In this document: positions 12,247 through 23,811 of the stretch, one piece after another
How the letters are laid out: every line of letters starts with the position of its first letter
Numbering within the stretch: the first letter of the stretch is position 1
Source: Diplonema japonicum
Taxonomy: Eukaryota; Protista; Euglenozoa: Diplonemea
Assembly (NCBI GenBank): GCA_964019335.1
Contig: OZ025683.1
Span: 124,001-188,000 of the forward strand
DNA length: 64,000 nt
Direction: 5' to 3'
Position numbers and translations under genes: made by a program
The notes under the pieces: generated by a model
What the model was told of the DNA's origin: nothing
Seen by the model: only the letters and a program-made list of their open reading frames with translations
The model's database searches: none

Positions 12247-15200
12247 ATGGAACCCCAGTTAAGAAAGAAAGCGGTCATTGCAAAAAGCGCAGTTGGTGGG
12301 GTTTGCGGCTCCAATATTATCAATGGTGCAAAGTATAAGCCCGCTATGCGGCTGGTACAACCCTTGGTACGTAAGGAAATAGCAGGACTGGACCTGGAAA
12401 AGGTGATGGAATACCTCTCGGAGCAGCAAAATGAAGAAGAAATGGTTCACATGACAAGCGTCAGGACCATGGGGCCGTACAACCTACGTGCTGTAACCAC
12501 CGACAGCTCCCCCCGAGAATGGGAAATAACAAAAACCAGCATAAACGGCGCACCTCTAGAAGGCTGGTTAAGAGAACGAAAGGTGTTCACGGCCCTCAAA
12601 AACATAAGATTCCTCCAACAATTACCTATGATCAAGGCCTTTCAACGATGGAAGGCGAACGTACGGCGTGGGGTCTTCCTCCACTGCAGGCGTGCCTTGT
12701 CATCACGGTTGCTTCTCTTGAAACCCCTTCATCGAACTGCAATCAATGCTACTCTTTCCCACCTCCACACGATGCACAGCACGCCCCTTACACGTATCCC
12801 CACCATGAAGCGGCACACCCCCAACGCCCTTCTTCTCGATACCTTCGTCGAGCTGCAGAACTGTCAGTTAGAAGAGGCTAGTGAGGTGATCACCAAAACC
12901 CTTCGAGATCTTGATGCCGCTCTGCAAACCACTTTTCTTGCACTTGAAGCAGCCAGCGTTGTCAGCGATGTCTGCACTGTGGACGATCTTGCGGCGCTCT
13001 TTCCTGCTGACGTGACGGAGGCCACTGTAGTTTCCCGTGCTGCGCAGCTCAAGCACCGCATGCACACCTCTGCCATGCTCCCCCGGTTAAAACGGCTCAC
13101 CACGTTCATGATCGAAGAAGGCCTCCTCAAGCACACCTTGCACAGCATCTGCATGCTGGTAGACGCGATGTGCCCCCTCCCCAATGGGCGGAGCCCTTTA
13201 TGCTTCCGCTCGACCATCGCCCTCAACCTCACGGGCACTCCTACTGTGCTCCCCACACAGGCCCAGGTCTCCCGTTCTATCGACAGTGTGGTGACAAGCG
13301 TGAGGAGAACCGTCGCCGCTTCAACGCATCTGCACATCGACGCCTTGCTTGACGAGACACCTTTCTTCAAGAAGCTTCTGCGTGCGGACGACTCCATCAT
13401 CAGTGATGCGTATAAGTTTGTTGAGCAGTACGTCGACACGCTTGAAGAGCCCCAACGCTGGGTGGATTGGGTGACCAGGAGTTGGCCTGCCGCCAAGGAG
13501 TCGTGGGACACCCACAACGACAGAGTAACCACAGAGGACTTCAAGGTGATGGTGGCCAAGCTCGAAAGCGTGTGCCAGTGTGCGCAGAGGCGTCTGGTCA
13601 ACACGTCTGTCGGTGTGCTGTACGTGAACCACACGTCGTCCAGGTCGCTGCTGTTGTCGGGCGTGAAGACAATACGTTGCTGGTTCGAGAGGAACCTCAC
13701 AAGAGCAGCTGCAGTGCGCAGCGAAAGGCTGCAGAAAACTATTAACACATCCTTAGTCCTGTTGCAGTTGCGGCACACAGACCTTGACAAGTGGGCAGCT
13801 TGGGTGGTGGATATTGAAGCTGCTGAAGCGCAGCGTCCCGCCATCCTCGCTTCCTTGAAGGAGATAGGCGACCTCTTTGCCCTCATTTCCGCCACGGGCA
13901 CCTCCTGCGACTACACTACCCTCCACGATACTCTGTTGGAGGACACCGTACAGCCATCGATGAAGCGGCGGTACCTCCAAGCCTTGGACGCTGCTAAGGA
14001 CTACAAAAAGGAACAGCTCCCTGTGCAGCAGGAGGCCTTGTGCCGACGCATTGATGACATCAAAGGGCAATGCAAGCAGAGATGGAAGACTGCCATGGAG
14101 GGGGTATTTATTTTGCCTTCGGGCGAACCTGCAGAGGTGCTGAAAAGCATCGAAGCAGCGGAAGATGAAATCACAAAGCTAAAGACAGCTAGCGAGACGT
14201 GCAGCAAGTACGAAAAAATATGCGGATTCCCCACCGCTGAATGGCGGGTCTTGGCAGGTGCCACTGAGGCTGTGTATCAAAGAAAAGTAGTGTGGACAGC
14301 CTTGCACGAGTTTGAGATGATGTCCAAGAAAGCGATGAAAACGCACCTGTCAGTGCTGAACGTGAACAGCCTAATGTCGTCGCTGAATGAATTCCAAGAT
14401 GTTGCAGCCAAACTGTGTCTGGAGGTGGGCGACGCCGTAAGCGAGAGGCTGGAGAAGGAGGTGCAACGGGACAGCAATCTGCTTCCCTTGTTCAAGAATT
14501 TCGCTTCGAAAGCGATGGAAAAGCGGCACTGGGACGTGGTGCTGGAGAGCTTGAAGTTAGAATGCGACGAGTGCAAAACGTTGACGATGGAGCAGCTTGT
14601 GGAACACGGTGTCCTCAAGAAGGAAGCAATGTGCGCTGAGGTGAGCAGAGTGGCCGATGGGGAATACTCCATCAACAACGCCCTCGACGAGATCGAACGT
14701 GCGTGGTGCACTACTCACTTCGAGATGACGAAACACAACACTGATGCGTACATCTTGGGCACTTTAGACACTCCTATTCAACAACTAGAGGACCAACAGG
14801 TGCAGATCCAGGCAATCCTTGCGTCCAAATTCGTGTCTGGCGTTGCGGAGCGTGTCGACGAATGGGCCACGCGTTTGTCTGTGCTGGCTGACATTCTAGA
14901 GGAGTGGATCCAGGTGCAGAAAACGTGGTTATATTTGGAGTTCATTTTCAGCTCGCCTGACATCAACCAACAGCTGCCCGACGAGAGCAGGGACTTCAAG
15001 CAAGTCGACACAGATTTCAAAAAGCTCACCAATACAGCATACGATCAGCAGCGAGTTATCGCAGTGGCCACACCCGCTGTGCTGGGCATGCTGCGCGATG
15101 CCAACAGCAAGCTGGACGTCATTCAAAAAAAGCTTGAGTCGTACTTGGAGACAAAACGTGCGGCATGCCCGAGGTTCTACTTCCTGTCGAACGACGAGCT

Positions 15201-18200
15201 GCTTTCCATCCTCTCCGACGTGCGCAACCCTGCGGCAGTGCAGCCGCACCTCATTAAGGTCTTCGACAACATGAAATCCGTCAACTTCAACGACGAAGGC
15301 ATGTCGCAGATCGCTGCCATGGTCTCCAGCGAAGGTGAGGTTGTGCAGTTCACGCACCTCATCACCCCCACTGGAGGCGTCGAGACGTGGCTTGTAGAGA
15401 TCGAGGCCACCATGAAGGCCACCGTAAAACACAACCTGAAAGAGGCCTTCAGTTCGTACCACAAGTGGGAGCGTGTCGAATGGTACTTCCAGTTCCCCGC
15501 GCAGTGCATCACCTGCACGGACATGATCATCTGGACGCAGGAGGTTGAGGCCGCCATTTCATCCAATACAGTACCGGAGTACATCACGAAGTACAAGCAG
15601 CAGCTTGCCATCACAGTGGACGTCGTAAAAGGAGACCTGAAGGCACTGGAGAGGCAGGTTGTGTGCACAATTATTCTGATGGACGTGCACGCAAGGGACT
15701 GTGTTGTGCAGTTGAGCGACAGCGTGGTGTCAATCACAGACTTCGAATGGGCACGGCAGCTGCGGTACTACTGGGAGGATGGCTGTATGATAAAACACTG
15801 CGCTGCGGAGTTCGTCTATGGGTACGAGTACTTGGGCAATCAGCCGAGGCTTGTCATCACCCCATTGACAGACCGAGCCTTCTTAACGTGCACAGGGGCC
15901 CTATCCATGAATCTTGGAGCTGCACCACAGGGTCCTGCTGGTACAGGGAAAACAGAAAGCGTGAAGGATCTCGGGAAGGCGCTTGCAAGGCAGGTGGTCG
16001 TGTTCAACTGTTCCGACGGTTTGAACCACAAGATGATGTCGCAGATGTTCTCTGGTCTAGCGCAGGCTGGTGCGTGGGCTTGCTTCGACGAGTTCAACAG
16101 GATACCCTTAGAGGTGCTCTCAGTTGTCGCACAACAGATGCTGGAAATCACCTCTGCCCTAGCGGTAGGAAAACACAGCATTCAATTCGTTGGCAGGCAC
16201 ATCGCACTGAGCAGGAACTTCGGCGTTTTCATCACCATGAACCCTGGGTACGCTGGGCGCACGGAGCTGCCTGACAATTTGAAAGCGCTGTTCCGCCCTA
16301 TATGCATGATGATCCCCGACTACACTCTTATCGCAGAAGTGATGTTCTTTTCAGAAGGGTTCCAAGAAGCCAGCATCCTTGCTAGGAAGATGGTGCAGTT
16401 GTACAAATTATCTTCGGAGCAGTTATCGAAGCAGGACCACTACGACTTCGGGATGCGCGCTGTGAAATCCATCTTAGTGATAGCAGGGTCTCTGAAGAGG
16501 TCCTCCCCCGACAACTTGGAAGAGCTTCTCTTGATCAAAGCGATGCGTGACTCCAACATCCCGAAATTTCTGCGGGAGGATACACTGCTGTTTGTGGCGT
16601 TGATCAAGGACCTCTTCCCGGAGTTCGACGTGAAGGAGGTTGTGGACGAAGACCTCATCGCGCTTGTGAAGGGCGCGCTGAAGGAGAAGCAATACCAAAC
16701 CGTTCCGATGTTCGTGATGAAAGTGATGCAGCTGTACGACACACTGGTGGTGCGCCACGGCGTGATGACGGTGGGGCAAACTATGACTGGGAAATCCGTG
16801 TTGCTCAAAACACTCTTCACAGCGTTGAACAAAGGTGCGGAGGACACGTCTACACACTACCGGCACGTGGTGTCCTACTCACTGAACCCGAAGAGCGTCT
16901 CGCTGGGTGAACTCTACGGCGAGGTGAACCCCATCACACAAGAATGGCACGACGGGATTCTCAGCAAGCTTGCTCGAAACGTTGTAGAAGAAGCGACCGC
17001 TTTTCCTGATGAAAAACGATGGCTAGTGTTCGACGGCCCCGTGGACACCATCTGGTCGGAGAACCTGAACACGGTGTTGGACGACAACAGAATGCTGTGC
17101 CTCGTCAACGGCGAGAGGATTAAAATGCCCGGCTGCGCCTCCTTCATCTTCGAGGTACAAGACCTCAAGGTCGCCTCCCCCGCAACAGTCTCTCGATGCG
17201 GAATGGTCTTTTTAGAACCATACTATTTGGACGGTGGATGGCGGCCCGCTGCACTATCATACATCCAACGAACCCAACTAGAAATATCAACGGGATGGGA
17301 CACCGACTGTGTCGTTCAACATCTTGAGGCAACGATGCCAATGGGACTGCGCTATTTAAGAAGGGACTGCAAAGAATGGATGCCGAGTGTGGACGTACAG
17401 GTTGCTCTGTCGCTGCTTGCGTTGCTGAAATCGCTTCTCATGGTGCACTTGAAAACCCACGACAGCGTCACAAAGGAAGCCTTCTCCATGATGTACGTGG
17501 TGGCCTTCACATGGTCTGTGGGGGCGAACATCGCAGACACGAGCAGGCAGCGTTTCGATGAGTTCGCAAAGGGTTTGTTGCGTGCTGTCTGCAAAGGTAT
17601 ACCGGAGAATATCTCCCTACACGATCTGTCTTACGACGCAGCAACCTGCCAGTGGGTGACGTGGGCCGACCTGGTCCCCTCGTGGGAGTACAGTGAAAGT
17701 CTCAACTTCTTCGACATCGTTATCCCAACCCCTGAGACAGTCTGCTACTGCACCCTTCTGCAACGGGTGACCGCTGTTAAGGGGAATGTCCTACTCAGCG
17801 GGCCCACCGGTGTTGGGAAGTCCATCATGATGCAGTCCTTCCTCTTCGACACGCTCAAGGCAGGTAACCCCGACTCCCACTGGTGTTTTTTCAACGCCGT
17901 CTTCAGCGCTCAAACTACCGCAGCGAACCTCCAAGAAAAAATTGAATCGAAACTGCACAAAAAGAAAAACACCCTCCTCGGGGCGCCCCCCGGTAAGGGC
18001 ATCCTGCTCTTCATCGACGATGCCAACATGCCCGCGCTTGAGATCTTCGGTGCATCCCCGCCAATAGAGCTCATCAGGCAGGTCATAGGACAGGAGGGTT
18101 TTTACGACAGAAATAAACTTATCTTCAAAAAGATAGAGGACATGCTGACGGTGGCGGTTTGCGGGCTTCCTGGAGGTGGGCGGAACGACCTCACACCGCG

Positions 18201-21200
18201 CATGACGTCTCTATTCCACCTCATGGCCGTCCCTGAGCTGAGTCTTGCGTCGGTGAACAAGATATTTACGGAGATCTTGGGAGGTTTCTTCAGGCAGTGG
18301 GACGAGGACCTCGCATACCTTGCGGAAGAGCTGGTGGGGCACACCACTACCATCTTTCGTGCCATCACAACAACCATGCTCCCCACACCTGCGAAGTCTC
18401 ATTACACGTTCAACCTGCGCGACATAGGAAAGGTCGTGCAGGGACTGCTGCAAGCATCGCCTGCCACATCAAAAACCGCTGCTGCCCTGCGGCGTGTGTG
18501 GTGCCATGAGGCCACCCGCATCTTTCATGACAGGCTGATCGACGATGAGGACCGTGCATGGTGGTGGGAACACATGGAAGGCTTGATGAAAGACAACTGG
18601 GAACCGGACTGCAAGCACATGCTCCTGGGAGACCTTATGAACGAAGAGAAGCAGTACACGGAGATGGAGAACAAGCTAGACCTCGCAACCCGCATGAGCG
18701 AAAAGCAATCCGAGTATAACAAAAAAACCCACTCCACAATGGACCTTGTCTTTTTCAACGATGCAGTAGCGCACCTCTCAAGGATATGCAGGGTGATACG
18801 CGTGCCAAGGGGGAACGCGTTGCTGGTGGGCGTCGGCGGGTCTGGCAGGCAGAGTCTCACCACCTTGGGAGCCTTCCTGTGTGGTTTGAAACTCTTCAAA
18901 ATCGCAATTTCAAAGTCCTACGGCATGACAGAGTTCAGAGAAGACATAAAGAACCTCCTCCTAGAGGCGGGTTGCTGCGGGAAGGGTGTTGTTCTCTTCA
19001 TGACTGACTCTCAGATTGTCGATGAGTCGATGCTGGAAGACACAAACAACATCTTGAACACAGGTGAGATCCCGAACCTCATGCAGCCTGAAGACAATGA
19101 GAAGATCGCAGCGGCTGTCGCGCCTGTCGTCAGGGCGCAGGGCAAGATGGAAACCCGCACAGTCATCCTACAGGAATTCACAAATAGATGCAGAGAGCAC
19201 CTCAAGATAATCCTTGCTGTGTCGCCTGTGGGAGACAAGTTTAGACAGCGGCTTCGAATGTTCCCATCCCTTGTGAACTGCATGACCATCGACTGGTTCA
19301 CAGAGTGGCCCAAAGACGCCTTGTTGGGTGTCGCCAAGCGTACTTGCAGCACGATACCTGCAGCAGCACAGCTCCCTTGTGTGGCAGAGTTGTGTGTTGA
19401 TATGCATCTGGACGTACGTGACCAGAGCATTATCTTCTTTAAGCAGTTGCAGCGGCGGAATTACACGACACCTACATCCTACTTGGCGTTGCTGTCCACC
19501 TATAAGCAGATGTTGGATGAGTACACAACGAGCACCGGTGCGAGCCTCAGTAAGTACCGCAATGGTCTCGAGAAGCTGTTCACGACACAGACCATCGTCG
19601 ACAACTTGAAAGTGACGCTTCGCGAAATGCAACCCAAACTCCAGAAGGCCAGCGAAGAGACTTCGCAGCTGATGGTAACCGTGCAGCAGGAACAGATCGA
19701 GGCAGACGTGCTGCGTAGCGAGTGCAAGCAGAGCAAAGAGGTGACGCAACAGATTATGAACAACGCGAGCAGCATCAAGGACGAGTGTCAGGAGGCACTG
19801 GACAAGGCGATGCCTGCGTACTACGGTGCGCTGGACGCTCTTAAAAGCTTGAACAAAAGTGATATCACCGAAATCCGCAGCATGGCGTCCCCTCCGAATA
19901 AGGTGAAATTGGTGCTCGAAGCGGTACTGGTGCTGCTAGGAGAGAAAACTGGCTGGGACACTGCAAAGAAGGTGATGGGCAGCATAGGGTTCATCGACAG
20001 GCTGCGCGAGTATGACAAGGACAACGTGTCGGAGAAGCTGCTGAGCAACCTGCAACGGTTTATCAAGGACGCAGAGTTCCAGCCGGAGATCGTGAAGAAA
20101 TCTAGCATGGCTGCTATGAGTCTCTGCCTGTGGGTGCGTGCAATTGACAATTATTCAGCTGTATCAAAGGACATTGCACCGAAGAAGCAACAGCTGGCAG
20201 TTGCTGAAGCCGAGCTTGATGCTGCGCAGCACAAGCTAGCAGCGGCACAGGCACACCTCAAAGAAGTCGAAGATAAAGTGGAAGCATTGCAGGTGAAGAT
20301 GAGGGAAGCTGTTGACTACAAAGACCAGCTGGAAGACGACCAGAGACAGACGCAGGTCAAGCTACACCGTGCTGAGCAGTTAGTTAACGGGCTGTCGTCC
20401 GAGCAGGTTCGTTGGATAGAAGCGGAGAAGAGACTCAGCGAAGAACAAGAGAAGCTTGTGGGCACCATCCTTCTAGCCGCCGCCTGCATCGCGTACGTGG
20501 GCCCCTTCACATCCGCCTTCAGGGAGACCCTCATCACGAAGTGGACTGCTGCATGCAAGAGCTACGCAATACCGTGCAGCGACTCTTTCAACCTCGCCTC
20601 CATCGCTGACCCAGTGAAGGTACGGCAGTGGGGCATCGATGGGTTGCCTTTGGACAACTTCAGCAAAGAGAATGCTACAGTGGTGTCGAAGGCAATGCGG
20701 TGGCCGCTGTGCATCGACCCACAGTCGCAGGCGTACGGCTGGATCAAAAAATCTGAAAAGTCTAATGGGCTGACGGTGACAAAGCTAACAGACCCGAACT
20801 TCATGCGTGTTGTGGAGACAGGGATCCGTGTGGGGTCGTCTGTTCTTCTTGAAGATGTGAGCGAGACACTGGACCCTTCACTGGACCCTATACTACAGAA
20901 GTCTGTGTACAAGAGTGGCGGGCGCTTGCTCATCATGCTTGGTGATACTGAGATGGATTACGACCCGAACTTTAAGTTGTACATTACGACGAAAATGCCG
21001 AACCCGCACTTCCTTCCCGAGCTGCAGATCAAGGTCACTGTGGTGAATTTCACAGTCACCTCGAAGGGTCTCGAAGACCAGCTGCTTGCTGACGTCGTCC
21101 GCTGCGAGCGTGCGGATCTCGAACAGCAGCAGGACAAGATGGTTGTCGAGATCGCTGAGGCAAAGGACCAGCTGGACTCCATCGAGAGCAACATCCTGCG

Positions 21201-23811
21201 GCTGCTGGCGGCAGCGAGCGGCAACATCCTCGAAGACGAGGTACTTATCAACACACTTTCCGAGTCAAAAACCACTTCGACATCCATCGCTCTAAACCTC
21301 ACAGAGGTACAAGAAACCTCGGCAAAGATAAGCGCTGCGAGGGAGGAATACCGCCCCGTCGCGTCACGGGGCTCAATGCTGTACACCAGCATCTCAAGCG
21401 TTGCAGGGATGTCACATATGTACCAACACTCGTTGGACTTTTTCAAGCAGCTTTTCAACAGGACCCTGCTCAGGTCCCCTAAGATAGACTGTGTCAAGGA
21501 GAGAGTGGCGAGTCTGCTCCCTGCCGTGACGCGCGACACGTACAGAGTGGTGTGCAGGGGGCTGTTTGCTGCCGATAAACCGATGTTTGCTTTCCTGGTT
21601 GCTACCGAGATCCACAAAGGGGATGGAATGATAAAGCCTGAAGAAAGCAGATTTCTGATAACGGGTGGGGGTGGGGCTGAACCGGGGGAACCTGAGTGGC
21701 TGCCTGCAGTGGCGAGCAGCTCTCTCAGGGTGCTGGACGGCATGTGTATGGAAGGCGTGGTGTGTGACATGCAGCAGAACCAGGCTGCGTGGAGAGAGTG
21801 GTACCAAAGTGACACACCTCACACAGCGCCTCTCCCAGGCAAGTTCAACGACTTCCCTGCGTGGCGCAAACTTCTTTTCCTTCGAGCCGTCCGCAAGGAC
21901 AAGCTGACCTTCGGGATGGCCGAAGTGGTGCGGACAGTACTCGGCCCTTCTTTTACCGACGCCCCCCCATTCAATCTAGACTCCGCTTACGAGGACTCTA
22001 CACCCTTCACTAGCATTATCCTCGTGCTCACTACTGGAACGGACCCCACAACCATGTTCCTTGAATTTGCAGAAGAAAAGGGCTGGGCTGAGCGGAAGTC
22101 AATGCTCTCACTCGGACAGGATCAGGGCCACAAGGCACAGCAGATGATAGAAAGGGGTGCCAAGGAGGGTGAGTGGGTGTATCTCCAAAACTGCCACGTG
22201 TACGGCAGCTGGATGCCCACCCTTGAGAGGCTCCTCGAGAAGCTCTCTGTCGACCCGTCGTCTGTGCACCCCGACTTCCGCCTGTGGTTGACCACAATGC
22301 CGTGCGATTCGTTTCCTGTGTCGATTCTGCAGAACGGTGTGAAGGTTACGAAGGAGCCACCGAAAGGGCTGAAGGCGAATCTGCGGGACAGCCTGAGCTC
22401 TGTTGTAAAGCCGGAAACTTATAACGGGAAGAGCAGGGCATGGAAGAGACTGCTGTTCGCATTGACGTTCTTCCACGGCGTGATACAAGAACGACGTAAG
22501 TACGGGGCCTTGGGGTGGAACGTGCGCTACGAGTGGTCAGGACCCGACTTGCATGCTTCGGTTCTCACACTGGACACGTACCTGACAGAAGGGGAGGAGG
22601 TGCCATGGACAGGGTTGGAATACTTGACAGGGGTTATCCACTACGGGGGGAGGGTCACTGATTTCATAGATTTGAAGTGCCTACGGTGCTTGTTGGTGAA
22701 GTACTTCTCAGAAGATGTTATGGGAAGCGATGCTCACTGCTTCACCCCTGACGGTGTGTACAAGATACCCAGCGACTCGGTGCTAGAAACGATAGATGGC
22801 CTCACCGACTATGTCGGGACCCTTCCTTGCCATGAGGAGCCGGGCCTCTTCGGGCTGCACGCCAACGCAGACATCACCTTCGATAAGAACACTTCCTCTA
22901 AAGCGCTCCACACTCTTGCAGGTTCCCAGCCAGTGGGTGGGTCGGGGGACACCACACTCGAGTCGTCTCTGGGAAACATCATCAGCAACATACAAACGAA
23001 GATGCCCGTTCCGATCAGAATGGACAAGGCACACCCCGAGACATACAAAGTGGAGGGCGACACCATCACTCCGTTGGGCACTTTCTGCACACAGGAAGTA
23101 CAAGTGATGAACAATTTATTGAAGCTGATTAGCAAGACGCTAGCAGAGCTGTCGTCCGCCATCAAAGGCGAGGCTATCATGTCGGACGAGATGGAGAGGA
23201 TGGCGGCTGCCTTCATGATGGATAAGGTGCCCGAGATGTGGATGAAGCGAGGGTACCTTTCCCTCAAGGGGCTGGCTTCGTGGGTGGTGGACACTGCCAA
23301 GCGGGTTAAGTTTCTTGCAGACTGGAACAACAACGGGCCGCCGGAGCGATACTGGGTCCCTGGGTTCTTCTTTCCGCAAGGCTTCATGACTGCACTGCTG
23401 CAATCATACAGCAGAAGCCAAAAGGTGCCAATCGATGAAGTGCAGTTCAAAACACTCGTAGGGCATGAGGAAGGAGACGGGGAAACACGTGCCCACGGTG
23501 CGTACTCATATGGGCTATTCCTAGAAGGCGCAGGATGGGACCCTGCAGGGCACCACCTATGTGAGTCTTCACCGAGTGAGCTCTTCATATCCATGCCTGA
23601 CGTGTACCTTAAACCAGTCTCGACGCCACCCCAGCATCTCACTCCTGTGCACGCTTGTCCTTTGTACAAGGTATCTTCTAGAGCGGGTATGCTAAGCACT
23701 ACGGGGCTTAGTACCAATTTTGTGTTGTCGGTCGATCTGCCTTCCGGGGATCACGCTGCGACACATTGGGTCCTGCGGGGCGCCGCACTGTTGTGTATGT
23801 TAGACGAGTAG
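12247..23811 (+). CDS. Axonemal dynein heavy chain (inner-arm single-headed type), intronless
   Basis: 3854-aa ORF with GPAGTGKTESVKDL, CFDEFNRI, YEYLG..RLVITPLTDR, further P-loops GQTMTGKS, GPTGVGKS and GVGGSGRQS, and a typical C-terminus HWVLRGAALL. Confidence 0.97.
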   Translation: MEPQLRKKAVIAKSAVGGVCGSNIINGAKYKPAMRLVQPLVRKEIAGLDLEKVMEYLSEQQNEEEMVHMTSVRTMGPYNLRAVTTDSSPREWEITKTSINGAPLEGWLRERKVFTALKNIRFLQQLPMIKAFQRWKANVRRGVFLHCRRALSSRLLLLKPLHRTAINATLSHLHTMHSTPLTRIPTMKRHTPNALLLDTFVELQNCQLEEASEVITKTLRDLDAALQTTFLALEAASVVSDVCTVDDLAALFPADVTEATVVSRAAQLKHRMHTSAMLPRLKRLTTFMIEEGLLKHTLHSICMLVDAMCPLPNGRSPLCFRSTIALNLTGTPTVLPTQAQVSRSIDSVVTSVRRTVAASTHLHIDALLDETPFFKKLLRADDSIISDAYKFVEQYVDTLEEPQRWVDWVTRSWPAAKESWDTHNDRVTTEDFKVMVAKLESVCQCAQRRLVNTSVGVLYVNHTSSRSLLLSGVKTIRCWFERNLTRAAAVRSERLQKTINTSLVLLQLRHTDLDKWAAWVVDIEAAEAQRPAILASLKEIGDLFALISATGTSCDYTTLHDTLLEDTVQPSMKRRYLQALDAAKDYKKEQLPVQQEALCRRIDDIKGQCKQRWKTAMEGVFILPSGEPAEVLKSIEAAEDEITKLKTASETCSKYEKICGFPTAEWRVLAGATEAVYQRKVVWTALHEFEMMSKKAMKTHLSVLNVNSLMSSLNEFQDVAAKLCLEVGDAVSERLEKEVQRDSNLLPLFKNFASKAMEKRHWDVVLESLKLECDECKTLTMEQLVEHGVLKKEAMCAEVSRVADGEYSINNALDEIERAWCTTHFEMTKHNTDAYILGTLDTPIQQLEDQQVQIQAILASKFVSGVAERVDEWATRLSVLADILEEWIQVQKTWLYLEFIFSSPDINQQLPDESRDFKQVDTDFKKLTNTAYDQQRVIAVATPAVLGMLRDANSKLDVIQKKLESYLETKRAACPRFYFLSNDELLSILSDVRNPAAVQPHLIKVFDNMKSVNFNDEGMSQIAAMVSSEGEVVQFTHLITPTGGVETWLVEIEATMKATVKHNLKEAFSSYHKWERVEWYFQFPAQCITCTDMIIWTQEVEAAISSNTVPEYITKYKQQLAITVDVVKGDLKALERQVVCTIILMDVHARDCVVQLSDSVVSITDFEWARQLRYYWEDGCMIKHCAAEFVYGYEYLGNQPRLVITPLTDRAFLTCTGALSMNLGAAPQGPAGTGKTESVKDLGKALARQVVVFNCSDGLNHKMMSQMFSGLAQAGAWACFDEFNRIPLEVLSVVAQQMLEITSALAVGKHSIQFVGRHIALSRNFGVFITMNPGYAGRTELPDNLKALFRPICMMIPDYTLIAEVMFFSEGFQEASILARKMVQLYKLSSEQLSKQDHYDFGMRAVKSILVIAGSLKRSSPDNLEELLLIKAMRDSNIPKFLREDTLLFVALIKDLFPEFDVKEVVDEDLIALVKGALKEKQYQTVPMFVMKVMQLYDTLVVRHGVMTVGQTMTGKSVLLKTLFTALNKGAEDTSTHYRHVVSYSLNPKSVSLGELYGEVNPITQEWHDGILSKLARNVVEEATAFPDEKRWLVFDGPVDTIWSENLNTVLDDNRMLCLVNGERIKMPGCASFIFEVQDLKVASPATVSRCGMVFLEPYYLDGGWRPAALSYIQRTQLEISTGWDTDCVVQHLEATMPMGLRYLRRDCKEWMPSVDVQVALSLLALLKSLLMVHLKTHDSVTKEAFSMMYVVAFTWSVGANIADTSRQRFDEFAKGLLRAVCKGIPENISLHDLSYDAATCQWVTWADLVPSWEYSESLNFFDIVIPTPETVCYCTLLQRVTAVKGNVLLSGPTGVGKSIMMQSFLFDTLKAGNPDSHWCFFNAVFSAQTTAANLQEKIESKLHKKKNTLLGAPPGKGILLFIDDANMPALEIFGASPPIELIRQVIGQEGFYDRNKLIFKKIEDMLTVAVCGLPGGGRNDLTPRMTSLFHLMAVPELSLASVNKIFTEILGGFFRQWDEDLAYLAEELVGHTTTIFRAITTTMLPTPAKSHYTFNLRDIGKVVQGLLQASPATSKTAAALRRVWCHEATRIFHDRLIDDEDRAWWWEHMEGLMKDNWEPDCKHMLLGDLMNEEKQYTEMENKLDLATRMSEKQSEYNKKTHSTMDLVFFNDAVAHLSRICRVIRVPRGNALLVGVGGSGRQSLTTLGAFLCGLKLFKIAISKSYGMTEFREDIKNLLLEAGCCGKGVVLFMTDSQIVDESMLEDTNNILNTGEIPNLMQPEDNEKIAAAVAPVVRAQGKMETRTVILQEFTNRCREHLKIILAVSPVGDKFRQRLRMFPSLVNCMTIDWFTEWPKDALLGVAKRTCSTIPAAAQLPCVAELCVDMHLDVRDQSIIFFKQLQRRNYTTPTSYLALLSTYKQMLDEYTTSTGASLSKYRNGLEKLFTTQTIVDNLKVTLREMQPKLQKASEETSQLMVTVQQEQIEADVLRSECKQSKEVTQQIMNNASSIKDECQEALDKAMPAYYGALDALKSLNKSDITEIRSMASPPNKVKLVLEAVLVLLGEKTGWDTAKKVMGSIGFIDRLREYDKDNVSEKLLSNLQRFIKDAEFQPEIVKKSSMAAMSLCLWVRAIDNYSAVSKDIAPKKQQLAVAEAELDAAQHKLAAAQAHLKEVEDKVEALQVKMREAVDYKDQLEDDQRQTQVKLHRAEQLVNGLSSEQVRWIEAEKRLSEEQEKLVGTILLAAACIAYVGPFTSAFRETLITKWTAACKSYAIPCSDSFNLASIADPVKVRQWGIDGLPLDNFSKENATVVSKAMRWPLCIDPQSQAYGWIKKSEKSNGLTVTKLTDPNFMRVVETGIRVGSSVLLEDVSETLDPSLDPILQKSVYKSGGRLLIMLGDTEMDYDPNFKLYITTKMPNPHFLPELQIKVTVVNFTVTSKGLEDQLLADVVRCERADLEQQQDKMVVEIAEAKDQLDSIESNILRLLAAASGNILEDEVLINTLSESKTTSTSIALNLTEVQETSAKISAAREEYRPVASRGSMLYTSISSVAGMSHMYQHSLDFFKQLFNRTLLRSPKIDCVKERVASLLPAVTRDTYRVVCRGLFAADKPMFAFLVATEIHKGDGMIKPEESRFLITGGGGAEPGEPEWLPAVASSSLRVLDGMCMEGVVCDMQQNQAAWREWYQSDTPHTAPLPGKFNDFPAWRKLLFLRAVRKDKLTFGMAEVVRTVLGPSFTDAPPFNLDSAYEDSTPFTSIILVLTTGTDPTTMFLEFAEEKGWAERKSMLSLGQDQGHKAQQMIERGAKEGEWVYLQNCHVYGSWMPTLERLLEKLSVDPSSVHPDFRLWLTTMPCDSFPVSILQNGVKVTKEPPKGLKANLRDSLSSVVKPETYNGKSRAWKRLLFALTFFHGVIQERRKYGALGWNVRYEWSGPDLHASVLTLDTYLTEGEEVPWTGLEYLTGVIHYGGRVTDFIDLKCLRCLLVKYFSEDVMGSDAHCFTPDGVYKIPSDSVLETIDGLTDYVGTLPCHEEPGLFGLHANADITFDKNTSSKALHTLAGSQPVGGSGDTTLESSLGNIISNIQTKMPVPIRMDKAHPETYKVEGDTITPLGTFCTQEVQVMNNLLKLISKTLAELSSAIKGEAIMSDEMERMAAAFMMDKVPEMWMKRGYLSLKGLASWVVDTAKRVKFLADWNNNGPPERYWVPGFFFPQGFMTALLQSYSRSQKVPIDEVQFKTLVGHEEGDGETRAHGAYSYGLFLEGAGWDPAGHHLCESSPSELFISMPDVYLKPVSTPPQHLTPVHACPLYKVSSRAGMLSTTGLSTNFVLSVDLPSGDHAATHWVLRGAALLCMLDE

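Noticed and set aside
20958-23717. Long minus-strand ORFs within dynein and other genes
   Set aside because: They are antisense shadows of well-supported + strand genes and show no recognisable motifs.
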